Below are positions 63,107-64,000 of a DNA stretch of 64,000 nucleotides, in pieces. Positions within the stretch are counted from its first letter, which is position 1, and every line of letters begins with the position of its first letter. The notes beneath the pieces were generated by a model that saw only the letters and a program-made list of their open reading frames with translations, searched no databases and was not told where the DNA came from. Made by a program: the position numbers and the translations under genes. This DNA is from Octopus vulgaris (lineage: Eukaryota), in assembly GCA_951406725.2 (NCBI GenBank), contig OX597814.1, forward strand, positions 45,756,001 through 45,820,000, written 5' to 3'.

Positions 63107-64000
63107 ATATATATATATATCATGAAACTGGAAACTCTTTGGTATTATTTTCCAATTTCCTGTTTTTTCAAATTTCAATTTTAATATGTATTTTGAACTA
63201 ACATACAGAAGCTACTGAGACTATATATTGGATTATAATAATGGAATACGCAGATGTGCTTCAAGAGGAAACAACCCTAACTACCTACATGATATATATA
63301 TATATATATATACACAAATGTGTGTGTGTGTGTGTGTTTGCATGTATACATGGAGGGATATGGTAAATAAAACACTCAGTCTTTACCAAGGCATGTATAT
63401 CAAAGATGAAGTGAAATATTTCCAAGCAAAGATGGTAAGTATTGTGTTGCTTTTCTAGTTATCTTCACTGCACAATACAGAACTTATCACTACTGTGCCA
63501 AGCAAAAACTTGTAGGGAAATGTATAAATGATTGACTTGATCCCTATACATGTTGTACAAATCATACTGACTCCAAAAGGATAAATGTAAAATTAATCCT
63601 GGCAGGATTTCAACTTAGATTGATGAAATTTAACAAACCAAGTCACTCATTCATTTTGACGATGATAATAAAGTATGTTCTGCTTGTTTAAAATAAAATA
63701 TTTTTTCCTATGACTTGTAGAAAATGTTGAAACCCAAATTTGGGAACATAACCAGTGAATAACCTCTTACGTTCTCAATGTTTAATCAATATGCAATAAA
63801 GAACTTCTGCATCAACAATAGTATATAGTTTCATTGATTTATAAGTAAGATGGAACAAGAAATGATGAGTGTATAACAATACTTTCTTGATATCTTAGAA
63901 TAAAACAAAAATGACCCTTGAAAATCATGTCTTTTTACTGGTTTCATTCATTGAACTGAAGCCAAAGTGGGTACTGCTTTCAAGAATTTTAGCCAATTTT

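Noticed and set aside
63380-63440. Plus-strand exon ending ATG|GTAAGT
   Set aside because: Weak acceptor and no other plus-strand exons support a gene.

Overview
AT-rich, repeat-dense, largely non-coding eukaryotic DNA. The repeat inventory suggests a mollusc, probably an octopus (inference): CORE- and Meta-domain tRNA SINEs, RTE LINEs with (GAT)n tails, TTAA-flanked piggyBac-type MITEs, a Helitron and many TA/CA/GA microsatellites. The best host coding signal is a minus-strand first exon at 5121-5507, with a likely alternative first exon at 49-132. A cluster of candidate minus-strand terminal or micro exons lies at 20.9-22.0 kb. The most striking structures are three sequence-unrelated foldback insertions in (TA)n tracts at about 9.9, 17.0 and 29.8-30.6 kb. 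They share one architecture of inverted arms plus a unique tail, and the largest carries a complete type I hammerhead ribozyme in each arm, as expected for Penelope-like retroelement pLTRs. A 3.4 kb composite Helitron holds a Pif1 helicase fragment and a 13-copy ~160 bp array with a 325 bp higher-order dimer. One RTE ORF has a PHD finger inside its RT region, and another RTE copy is a chimera of two lineages. Most ORFs in the supplied track are microsatellite or repeat read-through. All calls were made by eye, with no database search or folding computation.
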